From NCBI GenBank assembly GCA_963774265.1, contig CAVZDU010000001.1:1152001-1216000 (forward strand): 64,000 bases of DNA, written 5' to 3'. The notes beneath the pieces are model-generated. The model ran no database searches. It saw nothing but the letters and a program-made list of their open reading frames with translations, and was not told the DNA's origin. Origin of the DNA: an uncultured Chloroflexia bacterium. Its GTDB lineage: Bacteria > Chloroflexota > Anaerolineae > CG2-30-64-16. The first letter of the stretch is position 1. Each line of letters opens with the position of its first letter. Both the position numbers and the translations under genes were made by a program. Below are positions 9,231 through 20,211 of the stretch, piece by piece.

Positions 9231-10643
9231 CTACTTAAGATTGATCTCGACGACGCCCTTTACCTGCAGGCCCTTGGCGAAGTCGGGCAGCACCGTGCTG
9301 AAGCCGCCGTTGCTGCGGAACGACACGATACAGTTGCCACACGCGAGCACGTCGGCCAAGGGCGCCTCAGCCGTATAGCCGTCATCCGCCACAAAAACGA
9401 CCGTTTTCGCGTCTGCAGCCGGCGCGGCCTGCGCCAGCAGCTCGGTCAGCTTGATGCCAGTGTACTTCTCTTTCGCACCCTTGCTGTTGGTCGACTCGAC
9501 CTCAGTCACTGGCAGCGCCTTGATCTGTTCCTCTGACCAGGCCTGTTCTGAGCCCACCTTCCCCGTGATCTTCAACGCCGCACCGCCGGTGGCCACAGCC
9601 GCCTTGTCGCCAGAAGCAGCCTCGGCCGGCTTCGCGCTGGCGTAGAACAGCGGCTGGCCGAATTTGTCCACCCCGTAGCCGCCGATCATCTTCTGCACAT
9701 CGGGGGAGAGGATCCACTCTACGAACTGCTGCGCCAGCTCAGCCTTGACGTTAGGATGCTTTTCCGGGTTGACAGCCAACACGCCGTACGGGTTGAGCAG
9801 CGCCTTGTCCTTGTTCTCGGCCAGATTGCCGCCGCCCACCATCACGTCCAAGCCAGGCAGCTTATCGCTCATGGCGAGGTATGTGCCGCGGTCGGCCAGC
9901 GTGTAGCCTTGCTTTTCTTCTGCAAACAGCAAGGTGTCACCCATGCCCTGGCCGATCGAGTTGTACCATGTCATCTCTTTGGTCGGTGTCACAGCGATGC
10001 TCGACCAAATGCTCAACTCTTTGGTGTTCGTTCCCGACTTATCACCGCGGCTGACAAAGGGCTGTCCCGCATCCATGATCGCCTTGAAGGCCTCCTTGCC
10101 GGTGGCCATCCCCATGACTTTGGCGGGATCTGTCTTGGGGCCGACGACGATGTAATCGTTGTACATCACGTCGAAGCGTTCTTTGGCGTGCCCGTCCGCG
10201 ACGAACTGATCTTCGCCCTTGCGGCTGTGCACCAACACCACGTCGGCGTCGCCCTTGGTTCCGATTTCCAAGGCCTGCCCCGTGCCAACGGCGATTACGT
10301 CCACCGCTGCGTTAAACTTTTTTTCAAAGTCGGGCAGGATGTAATCCAGCAGGCCCGAGTCGGCCGTGCTGGTGGTGGTGGCCAGGATCAGCTTCGCCGG
10401 TTCGGCGGCAGTCGTCGGCGCCGGAACAGCGGTCGGTTCGGGCGCCTTGGTGGGTTCGGGGGGCGCCTGCGTTGGTTCAGGAGCCTTTGTCGGTTCGGCC
10501 GGCGCCTGTGTTGGTTCAGCAGTCGGTTGAGCTGGGACCTGCGTTGCCTGGGCCGCCGGCGCCGCGGGGGCAGGTGCGCATGCCCCAAGGATCGTCGCCA
10601 GCACCAGCGCGGAGGTCACGAGCATAAGAAAGCGTCTGGACAT
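9231..10643 (-). CDS. tupA: TupA-like tungstate-binding lipoprotein with an extra C-terminal molybdopterin-binding-like domain
   Basis: Lipobox LGAC; ATTTSTADSGLL, VGTGQAL, SRGDKSGT, GQGMG, DRGTY, LLNPY; C-terminal YTGIKL..ADDGY..CGNC..QVKGV. Confidence 0.85.
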   Translation of the reverse strand: MSRRFLMLVTSALVLATILGACAPAPAAPAAQATQVPAQPTAEPTQAPAEPTKAPEPTQAPPEPTKAPEPTAVPAPTTAAEPAKLILATTTSTADSGLLDYILPDFEKKFNAAVDVIAVGTGQALEIGTKGDADVVLVHSRKGEDQFVADGHAKERFDVMYNDYIVVGPKTDPAKVMGMATGKEAFKAIMDAGQPFVSRGDKSGTNTKELSIWSSIAVTPTKEMTWYNSIGQGMGDTLLFAEEKQGYTLADRGTYLAMSDKLPGLDVMVGGGNLAENKDKALLNPYGVLAVNPEKHPNVKAELAQQFVEWILSPDVQKMIGGYGVDKFGQPLFYASAKPAEAASGDKAAVATGGAALKITGKVGSEQAWSEEQIKALPVTEVESTNSKGAKEKYTGIKLTELLAQAAPAADAKTVVFVADDGYTAEAPLADVLACGNCIVSFRSNGGFSTVLPDFAKGLQVKGVVEINLK

Positions 10644-10676
10644 ATTACTCCTCCTGTGTATACTTGTATCGTGACA

Positions 10677-10704
10677 ATTATAGGCAAAGGCTATGAGCTG
10701 TCAA
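10677..10704 (-). promoter_or_regulatory. Consensus sigma70 promoter of the tupA operon
   Basis: Minus strand TTGACA-N16-TATAAT; AGGAGGAG RBS before the tupA ATG. Confidence 0.75.
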
Positions 10705-10732
10705 CATAGCGCAGTGCCGAAGTGAGGGACCG

Positions 10733-11467
10733 TTGAACATCTTGATCGGCATCGACGATACCGACAACCTGGAGAGCCGGGGCACCGGTCACCGGGCGCG
10801 CATGCTTGGACTGGCATTGGAGGAGGCTGGATTAGGACGGCTTCAGTCTGTCACCCGCCATCAACTCCTGGTGCATCCTGACATCCGCTATACGTCGCAC
10901 AACAGCTCCGCATGCCTGGTTTCAGATGGGCAGGCATCCATCGATGACATAGAGGTTTTCTGTGCGTCGTTCCTGAGGGCCGAAAGCGCGGATGGTGCGG
11001 ATGCCGGGTTGTGCGTGCTTTCGCAAGAGCGCGTCGGTCCGGGCTTAATCTCCTTCGGACTACGCGCCAAGCGCGAGGTGCTGAGCCAGGCTGAGGCATT
11101 TGGATGGGCTGCCCGAAGTGGTGCACGGTTGAGCGGGCTCACCGGTGATGGAGGCGGCGTGATCGGCGCCCTGGCGGCCATCGGGCTGCGTGCGGCGGGT
11201 GAAGACGGACGCTTCCTTTGGCTTCCGGGCTTACGTGAGCTCTCCGGGACAGCCACCGTGGCAGATTTGTGGGAGCAGGCGTGCATCGAGATCGTCCAGT
11301 CCGTGGAAGGTGTGCCGCTCGCGCCTCAGACGCTCATTGAACTGGGAAATTGGGTGCGACCCGTGTTGCATGGCGGCAAGGCCGTGTTACTCGTCGAGTC
11401 TAGCGCGGGGGACGCGAACCGCTGGCGTGTGGCAGCGCGTGACATCATCAAGCAGCGCTCCGAATAA
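10733..11467 (+). CDS. Stand-alone protein resembling the N-terminal (TCKD/FLD) region of TiaS / methanogenesis marker 11
   Basis: IGIDDTD, RHQLLVHPDIRYTSHNSS, ADAGLC, GGGVIGALAAIG; no OB-fold or zinc-ribbon tRNA-binding part. Confidence 0.65.
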   Translation: MNILIGIDDTDNLESRGTGHRARMLGLALEEAGLGRLQSVTRHQLLVHPDIRYTSHNSSACLVSDGQASIDDIEVFCASFLRAESADGADAGLCVLSQERVGPGLISFGLRAKREVLSQAEAFGWAARSGARLSGLTGDGGGVIGALAAIGLRAAGEDGRFLWLPGLRELSGTATVADLWEQACIEIVQSVEGVPLAPQTLIELGNWVRPVLHGGKAVLLVESSAGDANRWRVAARDIIKQRSE

Positions 11468-11476
11468 GGCCCGATT

Positions 11477-12899
11477 GTGAACACCGTCGGGGGTCTATTT
11501 GCGGTTCGCGCCGAGGCCGTAGCCTATAGCTACGGTCCGGCCATGCAGCACTTGCATCCCATAGATCTGACTGTCCGTCCCGGCGAGTTTTGGCTGGTCG
11601 CTGGACCCTCCGGTTGCGGCAAGAGCACCCTGGCTCGCTGCCTGACCGGCCTGATTCCCCATCTGTATCGTGGTTGCATGGCCGGTCAGGTGACGGTCGG
11701 AGACATCTGCACAGACAGCGCGCCTTTATGGCAACTGGCCGAGGAGGCGGGCCTGGTGTTTCAGAACCCCGCTGCACAAATGCTGTGTGCGACCGTCGAA
11801 GATGAGCTTCTCTTCGGCCTTGAAACCCTGGGTCTGGATCGCCCCGAGATGGCTCGCCGCGTGGATGTCGCGCTCCGGCAGTTCGATTTGACAAGGTTGC
11901 GCGACCGCCCGCCTCAGATACTCTCCGGCGGTGAGCAGCAGAAACTGGCGCTGGCTGCGGTCATGGCTCGGCGACCGCCGCTGCTCGTCCTGGATGAGCC
12001 GTTATCCATGCTCGACAGCACGACCGCGCTTGAACTCGTGGCGCATTTGCAGACGTTGACGCAGGATGGGATTGCCGTGGTGGTGTGCGAGCACCGGGCG
12101 GAATATCTCAACTCAATCCCGGGGCTACGAGTACTGTCCCTGGCAGGGGATGGACACGCCTCAGATGCTGAGTCATTGCCTCCCGTCCCGTCTCGAATGA
12201 GTCCATTTGCGCTTCAGGTGCAGGATGTCAGCGTGCGTCTGGGCGGCCGGCCCGTGTTGAACAGGATCAGTTTTGCGGCGGCGAGCGGCGAAGTGATGGC
12301 GATCGTGGGTCGCAACGGGTCGGGCAAGACGACCTTGCTGCGCGCACTGGCAGGCTTGCAGACGCATGATGGCGGCGTGACTGTGATCGGGGAACGCCCG
12401 GACTTCGGGTTGGTCTATCAAAACGCTCAGCTTCAGCTTTTCAACGCATCGGTGCGCGATGAGGATCCTCTACCGGCTACCGAGGCCCGACATCGCATGG
12501 TACGACTGGCTCATGCCGGCCCTCGGGTTGAAGGCTTATGAGGAGACACCTCCCTTGCTGCTCAGTGAGGGCGAGAAGAAACGTGTGGCGCTGGCGACGG
12601 TGCTGATGCGCCGGCCGCGGCACGGGGTGCTGCTGGATGAGCCGTCTTTGGGCCAGGATGCGGCACACAAAGCCCTTCTGATGCGCCTGGCTCGCAGCCT
12701 GGCCGGTGCAGGTCAGCTTGTGGTGATGACCACACATGATCTGGCGCTGGCCGTACAAGCTGATCGGCTGATAGTGCTCCACGAAGGTCGGATCGTTGCC
12801 GATGGACCGGCGGCCTCGGTGCTGTCTGACAAACGGGTGTGGCAGGTCACCGGCCTGACTGTCCCTGCATGGGTGCGTGAGCCGGAGGGGCAGGCATGA
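11477..12899 (+). CDS. ECF transporter double ATPase (A-A' fusion; apparent indel near 12460)
   Basis: Two Walker A motifs (GPSGCGKST, GRNGSGKTT), VFQNP, LSGGEQQK/LSEGEKKR, LDEP twice. Confidence 0.9.
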
Positions 12900-13630
12900 G
12901 AGCTGGGATGACGCGGCGAGGCGTTTCTGATCGGCTGGCTGCATTGGCAGTGGACTCGCCGCTGCGGCGTGCTGATCCGCGCGTCAAGCTCGCGCTCAGC
13001 CTCGCACTGTCGCTGGCGATCATGATGCCAATGGAGAAGTTGCTTGTGCTCCTCGTCACGTATGGTGTCTTTTTGGCCTGGGCGAGGCTGCTGCAGGTGG
13101 CGGGACGGCTGCTTTGGCGGTTGAAATGGATTCTGTTGATCCTTTTCATCGTCGATTGGGTGCTTGTCTCGTTCGATCTGGCCGTGCTGGTCAGCCTGCG
13201 CATATTGTTGCTCAGCGCATCGTTCGCCCTTGTGTTTGCGACGACAACGCCTTCGGAGTTTCGTCTCGCTTTGGAGTGGTTGCGCTTACCTTATCGTTAC
13301 GCGTTCAGCGTGGGCGTGGCAGTGCAAAGTCTCGCTCTGATTGAGCAAGAGTGGCGGACCATCATCGAGGCCCAGCGGGCTCGGGGTGCATGGTCGCCGC
13401 CAAGTGGTTGGCGCAGGCTGGTTGAGAGCGTCCGCGATGCAGTCGCTTTGGCCGTGCCCGCGGTGGTCATGACAGTACACCGTGCATGGAGCATGACCGA
13501 GGCTGCCTACGCGCGCGGTTTCGACGCGCCGGGCCGCAAATCCTTTCGCCAGTTGCGCATGGGCTGGCTGGATTGGGCCTTACTTCTGGCTGCGGGTTTG
13601 CTCGCCGCAGTTCTGATCCTTTGGCGGTGA
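12896..13630 (+). CDS. ecfT: ECF transporter transmembrane T component
   Basis: ADPRVKL, EAQRARG and AYARGF motifs. Confidence 0.9.
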   Translation: MRAGMTRRGVSDRLAALAVDSPLRRADPRVKLALSLALSLAIMMPMEKLLVLLVTYGVFLAWARLLQVAGRLLWRLKWILLILFIVDWVLVSFDLAVLVSLRILLLSASFALVFATTTPSEFRLALEWLRLPYRYAFSVGVAVQSLALIEQEWRTIIEAQRARGAWSPPSGWRRLVESVRDAVALAVPAVVMTVHRAWSMTEAAYARGFDAPGRKSFRQLRMGWLDWALLLAAGLLAAVLILWR

Positions 13631-13645
13631 TTTGAGGAGTCGCCC

Positions 13646-14152
13646 ATGTCGCAAAGAACTCGCATCATCATTGCAGTTGGCGTTATCGCGCTGATCGGTG
13701 TAGTCATCCTGGGGCTGGAAGCCCTACGCGCGCGTCCTTCGTCGGGCGGCGCGGCCGGGTCAGAGCCCACTGTTGTTCCGGGCGCGTTATCAATTTACCT
13801 GGATGGAAAGCTAGTCGCCAGCTTCACACCGGCTGATCTGGAGAAACTAGCGAAGGTAAGCTTCACCGATGCGGCGGAGGAGAAGCTGCAGGATGGATGG
13901 CAGCTCGCAGACATCCTGCGGCTGCACGTTGCGGATTCGCTGCCGAACACCGCACAGATCACCGTGAGTTCATCCAGCCGGGAGAAATCAGTCCAGTTGT
14001 CCTGGGCCGAAGTGGCCGAACCGGCGAACAAGGTGATATTCGATCTGTCGAACCGTGGGACGCTCAAGCTTGTTTCCGTGCTGCCCAAGCTGGACGACAG
14101 GGACGAGTGGGTGCAGGATGCGGACCGCATCGATATCGTGATGAAGCCCTGA
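13646..14152 (+). CDS. Membrane-anchored exported protein with one molybdopterin-binding-like domain
   Basis: N-terminal TM helix; FTPADLEKL, GWQLADIL, TLKLV, WVQDADRI resemble the repeats in 7634-9145. Confidence 0.55.
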   Translation: MSQRTRIIIAVGVIALIGVVILGLEALRARPSSGGAAGSEPTVVPGALSIYLDGKLVASFTPADLEKLAKVSFTDAAEEKLQDGWQLADILRLHVADSLPNTAQITVSSSSREKSVQLSWAEVAEPANKVIFDLSNRGTLKLVSVLPKLDDRDEWVQDADRIDIVMKP

Positions 14153-14697
14153 TGAAAGAACGCTACTTCACTACTTTTCAACTCATCTTGCTGGCGCTAT
14201 TCGCGGCGCTGGTTGTCGTGGCCAAGATCGCGCTGAAGACCCCAATCCAGTTGCCCGGCCACAGTGGTCTGTTCTGGATGGCGTTGATTATCATCGCAGG
14301 TGGGCTGGTGCCGCGGCTTGGTGCAACCAGCCTAGTTGGCCTGACCTCCGGCATCCTGGCCGCATTTCTTGGCATGGGTGATTTCGGCGCGCTCGAAACA
14401 CTGCTCTCCTACACAGCAGTCGGCGTTGGGACGGACCTCGCACTCCTACTCCTGCGCAATCTGGACAATCTTGCCGTGTGCGCGTTGGTCGGCGTGATTG
14501 GCCACCTGGGGAAGTTCATCGTGAAGTGGGCGTTGGGCGCACTGACGGGCGCACCCCTAGGGTTCGTTGCACTTGGACTGGCGTGGTCTTTCCTTAGTTA
14601 CATACTTTTTGGTGCGTTAGGCGGGCTGCTTGCGGGCCTCACGTTGAAGGCGTTACGTCGGGCGGGGTTCTTTACCTATCTGGCGGAGCGGCGCTAA
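14152..14697 (+). CDS. ECF transporter substrate-binding S component, substrate unknown
   Basis: 181 aa, about 6 TM helices, ALFAAL (AxxxA) in helix 1, PGHSG loop; start overlaps the upstream stop (TGATG). Confidence 0.75.
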   Translation: MKERYFTTFQLILLALFAALVVVAKIALKTPIQLPGHSGLFWMALIIIAGGLVPRLGATSLVGLTSGILAAFLGMGDFGALETLLSYTAVGVGTDLALLLLRNLDNLAVCALVGVIGHLGKFIVKWALGALTGAPLGFVALGLAWSFLSYILFGALGGLLAGLTLKALRRAGFFTYLAERR

Positions 14698-14728
14698 AAG
14701 AGGCCGGACGATCGGTCGCCCGGCCTCT
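14697..14728. terminator. Hairpin between convergent genes
   Basis: AAAAGAGGCCGG..CCGGCCTCT. Confidence 0.55.
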
Positions 14729-14758
14729 GTCCTGGTGTGTCGCGGGAGAACCCGGCCA

Positions 14759-16321
14759 TCAGGCCGGGTAGTCGAATGCCTGCTTCTCCTTGACCACTTC
14801 TTCCTTTTTGGGCTCCGGTTTTGCGCGGCCGTAGATGATTGTCCACTCGGCCAGCCGGTCCGCAAGTTGGATCGTGAGCATCTCGGGACGGTAGCGCCAA
14901 TGCCAGTTGCCGCTGGCGCGCGCCGGCATGTTCATGCGAGCCTCCGCGCCAAGGCTGAAGACATCTTGCAAGGTCGCCAAGGCCTGGTTTGCCACGCTGG
15001 ACCACGCACCCCAGATGAAGTCCCACGCGATTTCGTGCCCGTCCGTGCGGAAGTACCGGCGGATATTGTGCCGCTCGATCTCAGTTCGCTCGGCTTCGTG
15101 GAAGTAGCCCACTGTGGTGTTGTTGTCGTGCGTGCCCGGATAGACGACGTAGTTCTTATCGTATGTATGGGGCATGTACTGCGGGTTAAACTCCATGCCG
15201 AACGCAAACTGGAGGATCTTCATTCCTGGCAGCCCGAATTCCGTGCGCAACGCATCCACATCGGGTGTGATAACGCCCAAGTCTTCCGCGATGAACGGCA
15301 GATCGCCGAGCGCCTGCTTTACCGCGACGAACAGATCGTGACCCGGCGCCTTAACCCACTTGCCCTTGACTGCAGTCTCCTCGCTTCCGGGGATTTCCCA
15401 TGCAGCGGCAAATCCTCGGAAGTGATCGATGCGCACGATGTCAACGAACTTGAACGTTTGCTGGATACGGTTGATCCACCACCTGAAGCCGTCTTGCTGC
15501 ATCCGAGGCCAGTTGTAGTGCGGGTTGCCCCAGCGCTGCCCGGTCGCCGAAAAGATATCCGGCGGCACCCCGGCGATCACGGTGGGATTGCCTTCTTCAT
15601 CCAGTTTGAACTGCTCGGGGTTGGCCCAAACATCCGCGGAATCCTCCGCGACAAAAATGGGCACGTCGCCGATGATCTGGATACCGTTCTCGCCGCAATG
15701 AACCTTGAGCGCCTCCCACTGCTCCCAGAAGAGCCCACTGCAGGAACTCGTGATACTCAACCTCGTCCGCCAACTCCTGGCCGCATCCGCGCCAGCGCGG
15801 ACGGTTCGCGCAGGCGGATATCGCGCGGCCAGTCGTGCCAGCTCCCACCGCCATAGTGGCCCTTTACCGCCATGAAGAGGGTGAAGTCGGGCAGCCAGCT
15901 TGCGCTCTGCTCGCGGAACCAGTCGAAGCCTGCGTGTTGCGCATCGGTTGCGTTCTCCTTGAAATGTTCGTACGCTTTGCGCAGGAGTGACTTGCTTGAA
16001 GGTAATGACCGAGCCGAAATCGACGCGGTGCGCGCGGGAAAATAGGGCATATCGTACAACGCATGATGCGGTAGCAGGCCTGAGTAGGCCAGGCCTTCCG
16101 GACTGATCAGGAGTGGATTGCCGGCAAATGCCGAAAAACACTGATACGGCGAGTCACCATAGCCGGTGGGGCCGAGCGGCAACACCTGCCAGAGTTGCTG
16201 CTTGGCCGCAGCCAGCCAATCGATGAAGTCGTAGGCGCCCTTGCCCAGGTCGCCGATGCCGAAGCGCGACGGGAAACGAGGTCGGATGGCAGAGAATGCC
16301 GCTGGATCGTTCGAATGGCAT
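14759..16321 (-). CDS. malQ: 4-alpha-glucanotransferase (amylomaltase, GH77; several apparent indels)
   Basis: RSSGILCHPTS, WQVLPLGP, SPYQCFSAFAGN, GDVPIFV, GVPPD, RIDHFRG, AEDLG, GTHDN. Confidence 0.93.
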
Positions 16322-16366
16322 ATCACCTCCTAAGATGCTAACGGATTGACAGATCGACACCCGGTA

Positions 16367-18079
16367 TCAGTCAGTTCGCGCAACCGCCGCCTTCTTGGGG
16401 GTGCGCCAGAACACCAGGTCGCCGCCCATCATCTGGCGGAACTGCGCTTCAAACGTCGGCACGATCATCAGGAAGAGTGAACTCGGGGCCAACAGCGGCC
16501 AGGTGAGCAACTCAGCAAGCAGAAGACGTGGGCGCCAACCCGGACTGGAGTGTCGGCTGGTCAGATGCTCGCGCAGCCAAGCCAGCAGCGTACCGATCAC
16601 GCTGATGGCGTTGCCCGACTGCAACAAGATCGTGTATAGACCCGGAATCGGCGCGGCCACCGCCAGCAAGCCGTGTTGCAGAACCATCACGACAGAGCCG
16701 ATGCCCAGCAGCAACCCGGCCACCGAAAAGATGATGTGATCGTGCACTACTTTGAGAAGATAGACCGTTTTCGGCCAAAGCGGTACATCAGGCCACCGGT
16801 TCCATTGTTGGACTACGTAGGCAATGTCGGACGAGCCCCAGGCGTGACGCAGCCGCTGATTGTAGAAGTTCTTGAAGGCCTCCCAGACCGTCTCCCCGGT
16901 CACCGAGTCGCCGCTGACGGGCAGGAACACCGGCTCCAAGGTAACTCGGCCGCCCGTGCCAAACAGGCCCCGCAGGAAGATATGCCAGTCATCGGCGATA
17001 ACCATTTCGTCCCAGTAGCCGATGTCGTCGGCCAGCCTGAGGCTGAGCGTGTACGTGCTTAATGGTAGATTTGCCGCCAGCGGATTCGCCAGCTCCGATA
17101 CTTGTACGAGGTTGTTCAAGAAACCCAGCAATCGAATGGGCGTGGGCGCGGCCCAGATGTTGGTATTGAAGCGGAACGGCGCCTGCCAGATGCGCTCGTG
17201 GCGCCGAGCATCTGCGGCAAACTGCCGGGTTATCTCGGCAAAGTACCCGGGGTGGATCAACGAATCGGCGTCGCACGAGGTCACCGTGAGCGAGTCCAGC
17301 GACATACCCATCTGACCGACCAGAATCTCCTTCGCTCGCCTCGCGGCCCATGTCTGGTTGGAACCTTTGCCGGGCACTTCGCCGAACAGGTGAGCCGGAT
17401 GCACCGTCACCAACACGCGGGCGAAACAGCTCCCGAATTGTGCAACAAGTTGCTCGCCCTTCTTTTGCGCGCCAGGCTCTGTGTCCTCCATGGCCAGCAC
17501 GACGGTGAGCGTGTCGCGGGCATTGGGCTGCTCTGCCAGGCGCTCTAGTGTGCGCGCAACCACGGCCTCCGGTTCTTTGAAGTTGGCCACGATGACGATA
17601 TGGTGAACCGGTGCGGTCAGCCCCTTGGGGATAGCCAGGGCTTCCTCGCTCGACATCGGAGATTTCTGCTGCAAACGGTGGATGCGCCACTGCCCTACGG
17701 GATAGAACAAGACGATCATCAGGAAACGCAGGAGCAGGTAGAAGCCGAGGGCCTGCACGACCCAAAAGACATTGTCCGGGTCGTAGACGCTGACAGTGGC
17801 GAACGCCAAGAAGGCCGCCAGCACGAGGCTGCCGGCGATTTTGTAGGTCCAGTGATGGGGGTCGGTGATGACGTCGAGCTTCTGAAGACGCTCGCTGGCC
17901 CGTGCAGGTGAATCAGCGGGTAAATCGCCCGTCAGGGCATCGCGTCCCGTGCCTGCACGGTCACGCCCTTCCGGCGTCGTTGTTCGAGAGTCGACTCGCA
18001 CCGGGCTCTCCCATTCCAATCGGGCCATATATTGCTCAAAGCGATGAATCGCGCCCGAACCGTGAAGGGTCACGCGCAT
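16367..18079 (-). CDS. Membrane GT2-family glycosyltransferase
   Basis: GKGSN, CDADS (DxD), ADDW, QRLRHAWG (QxxRW-like), flanking TM helices; start uncertain. Confidence 0.8.
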   Translation of the reverse strand: MRVTLHGSGAIHRFEQYMARLEWESPVRVDSRTTTPEGRDRAGTGRDALTGDLPADSPARASERLQKLDVITDPHHWTYKIAGSLVLAAFLAFATVSVYDPDNVFWVVQALGFYLLLRFLMIVLFYPVGQWRIHRLQQKSPMSSEEALAIPKGLTAPVHHIVIVANFKEPEAVVARTLERLAEQPNARDTLTVVLAMEDTEPGAQKKGEQLVAQFGSCFARVLVTVHPAHLFGEVPGKGSNQTWAARRAKEILVGQMGMSLDSLTVTSCDADSLIHPGYFAEITRQFAADARRHERIWQAPFRFNTNIWAAPTPIRLLGFLNNLVQVSELANPLAANLPLSTYTLSLRLADDIGYWDEMVIADDWHIFLRGLFGTGGRVTLEPVFLPVSGDSVTGETVWEAFKNFYNQRLRHAWGSSDIAYVVQQWNRWPDVPLWPKTVYLLKVVHDHIIFSVAGLLLGIGSVVMVLQHGLLAVAAPIPGLYTILLQSGNAISVIGTLLAWLREHLTSRHSSPGWRPRLLLAELLTWPLLAPSSLFLMIVPTFEAQFRQMMGGDLVFWRTPKKAAVARTD

Positions 18080-18173
18080 GAATAGTATAGTTCAGGCAGG
18101 CAGAGCGACCAAAAGGGGAGGATCGGCACAAACGCGGGTGGGCTGGTGAGCGCAACAGAGTGTGGAGGCAAAA

Positions 18174-18207
18174 TGCCGTAGCGCAAGCAGACGCTCGCGC
18201 TACGGCA
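18174..18207. repeat. GTAG-type REP-like palindrome / terminator after nrfA
   Basis: TGCCGTAGCGCAAGC-AGAC-GCTCGCGCTACGGCA. Confidence 0.55.
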
Positions 18208-18221
18208 GGCAATGAGATGCT

Positions 18222-19545
<1,324 letters not shown>

Positions 19546-19557
19546 GGTTCTCTCCTC

Positions 19558-20079
19558 CTAATGGTCGTGCCCGACGCCCTCATGGCAGGTCAGACAGTCG
19601 GTGGGATCTTCGGTGTCGGCGTGGTTCATGGCCTGCGTCAGGTCGCCATGACAGTACAGGCACGCATGCTGCGTTACTTCACGGTTCAGCTCGGTGATGC
19701 GAATCGGCTCGGGGAAGTTGCCGGTGGTGAACGCATAGCTGTGCCGGAAGCCGTTGACGCCCTTGACGGCGTACTTGGGCACGATGTTGTCGTGTGGGGC
19801 GTGGCAGTCGTTGCAGACGGTGACGGCATGGTGGGTGCCGTGGTTCCAGCCGTCAAACTGCTCGCGCATGATGTGGCAGTTGACGCAGGTCTTCGGATCG
19901 TTGGACAGGTAGGCCAGGCCCTGGGCATAGGACAACGTGAAACCGCCCAGGCCCACGGCGCCGCCAAACAGCCCGGCCAGCGCCATCCAAATCCAGAGAG
20001 GAGTGGCGCCGAAGAACTGTGCGACACGGCCTTTCGGCTTTACTTCAGGGGGGGCATTCTGGGCAGCATCCTGCCGCAT
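19558..20079 (-). CDS. nrfH: Tetrahaem quinol dehydrogenase NrfH
   Basis: TM anchor and four motifs CVNCHIM, CNDCH, CLYCH, CLTCH; upstream of nrfA. Confidence 0.93.
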   Translation of the reverse strand: MRQDAAQNAPPEVKPKGRVAQFFGATPLWIWMALAGLFGGAVGLGGFTLSYAQGLAYLSNDPKTCVNCHIMREQFDGWNHGTHHAVTVCNDCHAPHDNIVPKYAVKGVNGFRHSYAFTTGNFPEPIRITELNREVTQHACLYCHGDLTQAMNHADTEDPTDCLTCHEGVGHDH

Positions 20080-20211
20080 ACACGACCTCCTTGGGTGGGA
20101 AAGTGAGGCCAGATTCGCCTACGCGAGCCGATTGTCATCTGTGGCGATGTGACTCCAAGTATAGCGCAGGAAGACACAAATGGCCAACGTCATCTGAGCC
20201 GGGATGGCGCA

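Noticed and set aside
10650-10680. ModE-type operator at the tupA promoter
   Set aside because: The TATAT-N7-TAYAT-like ModE arrangement is not convincingly present.
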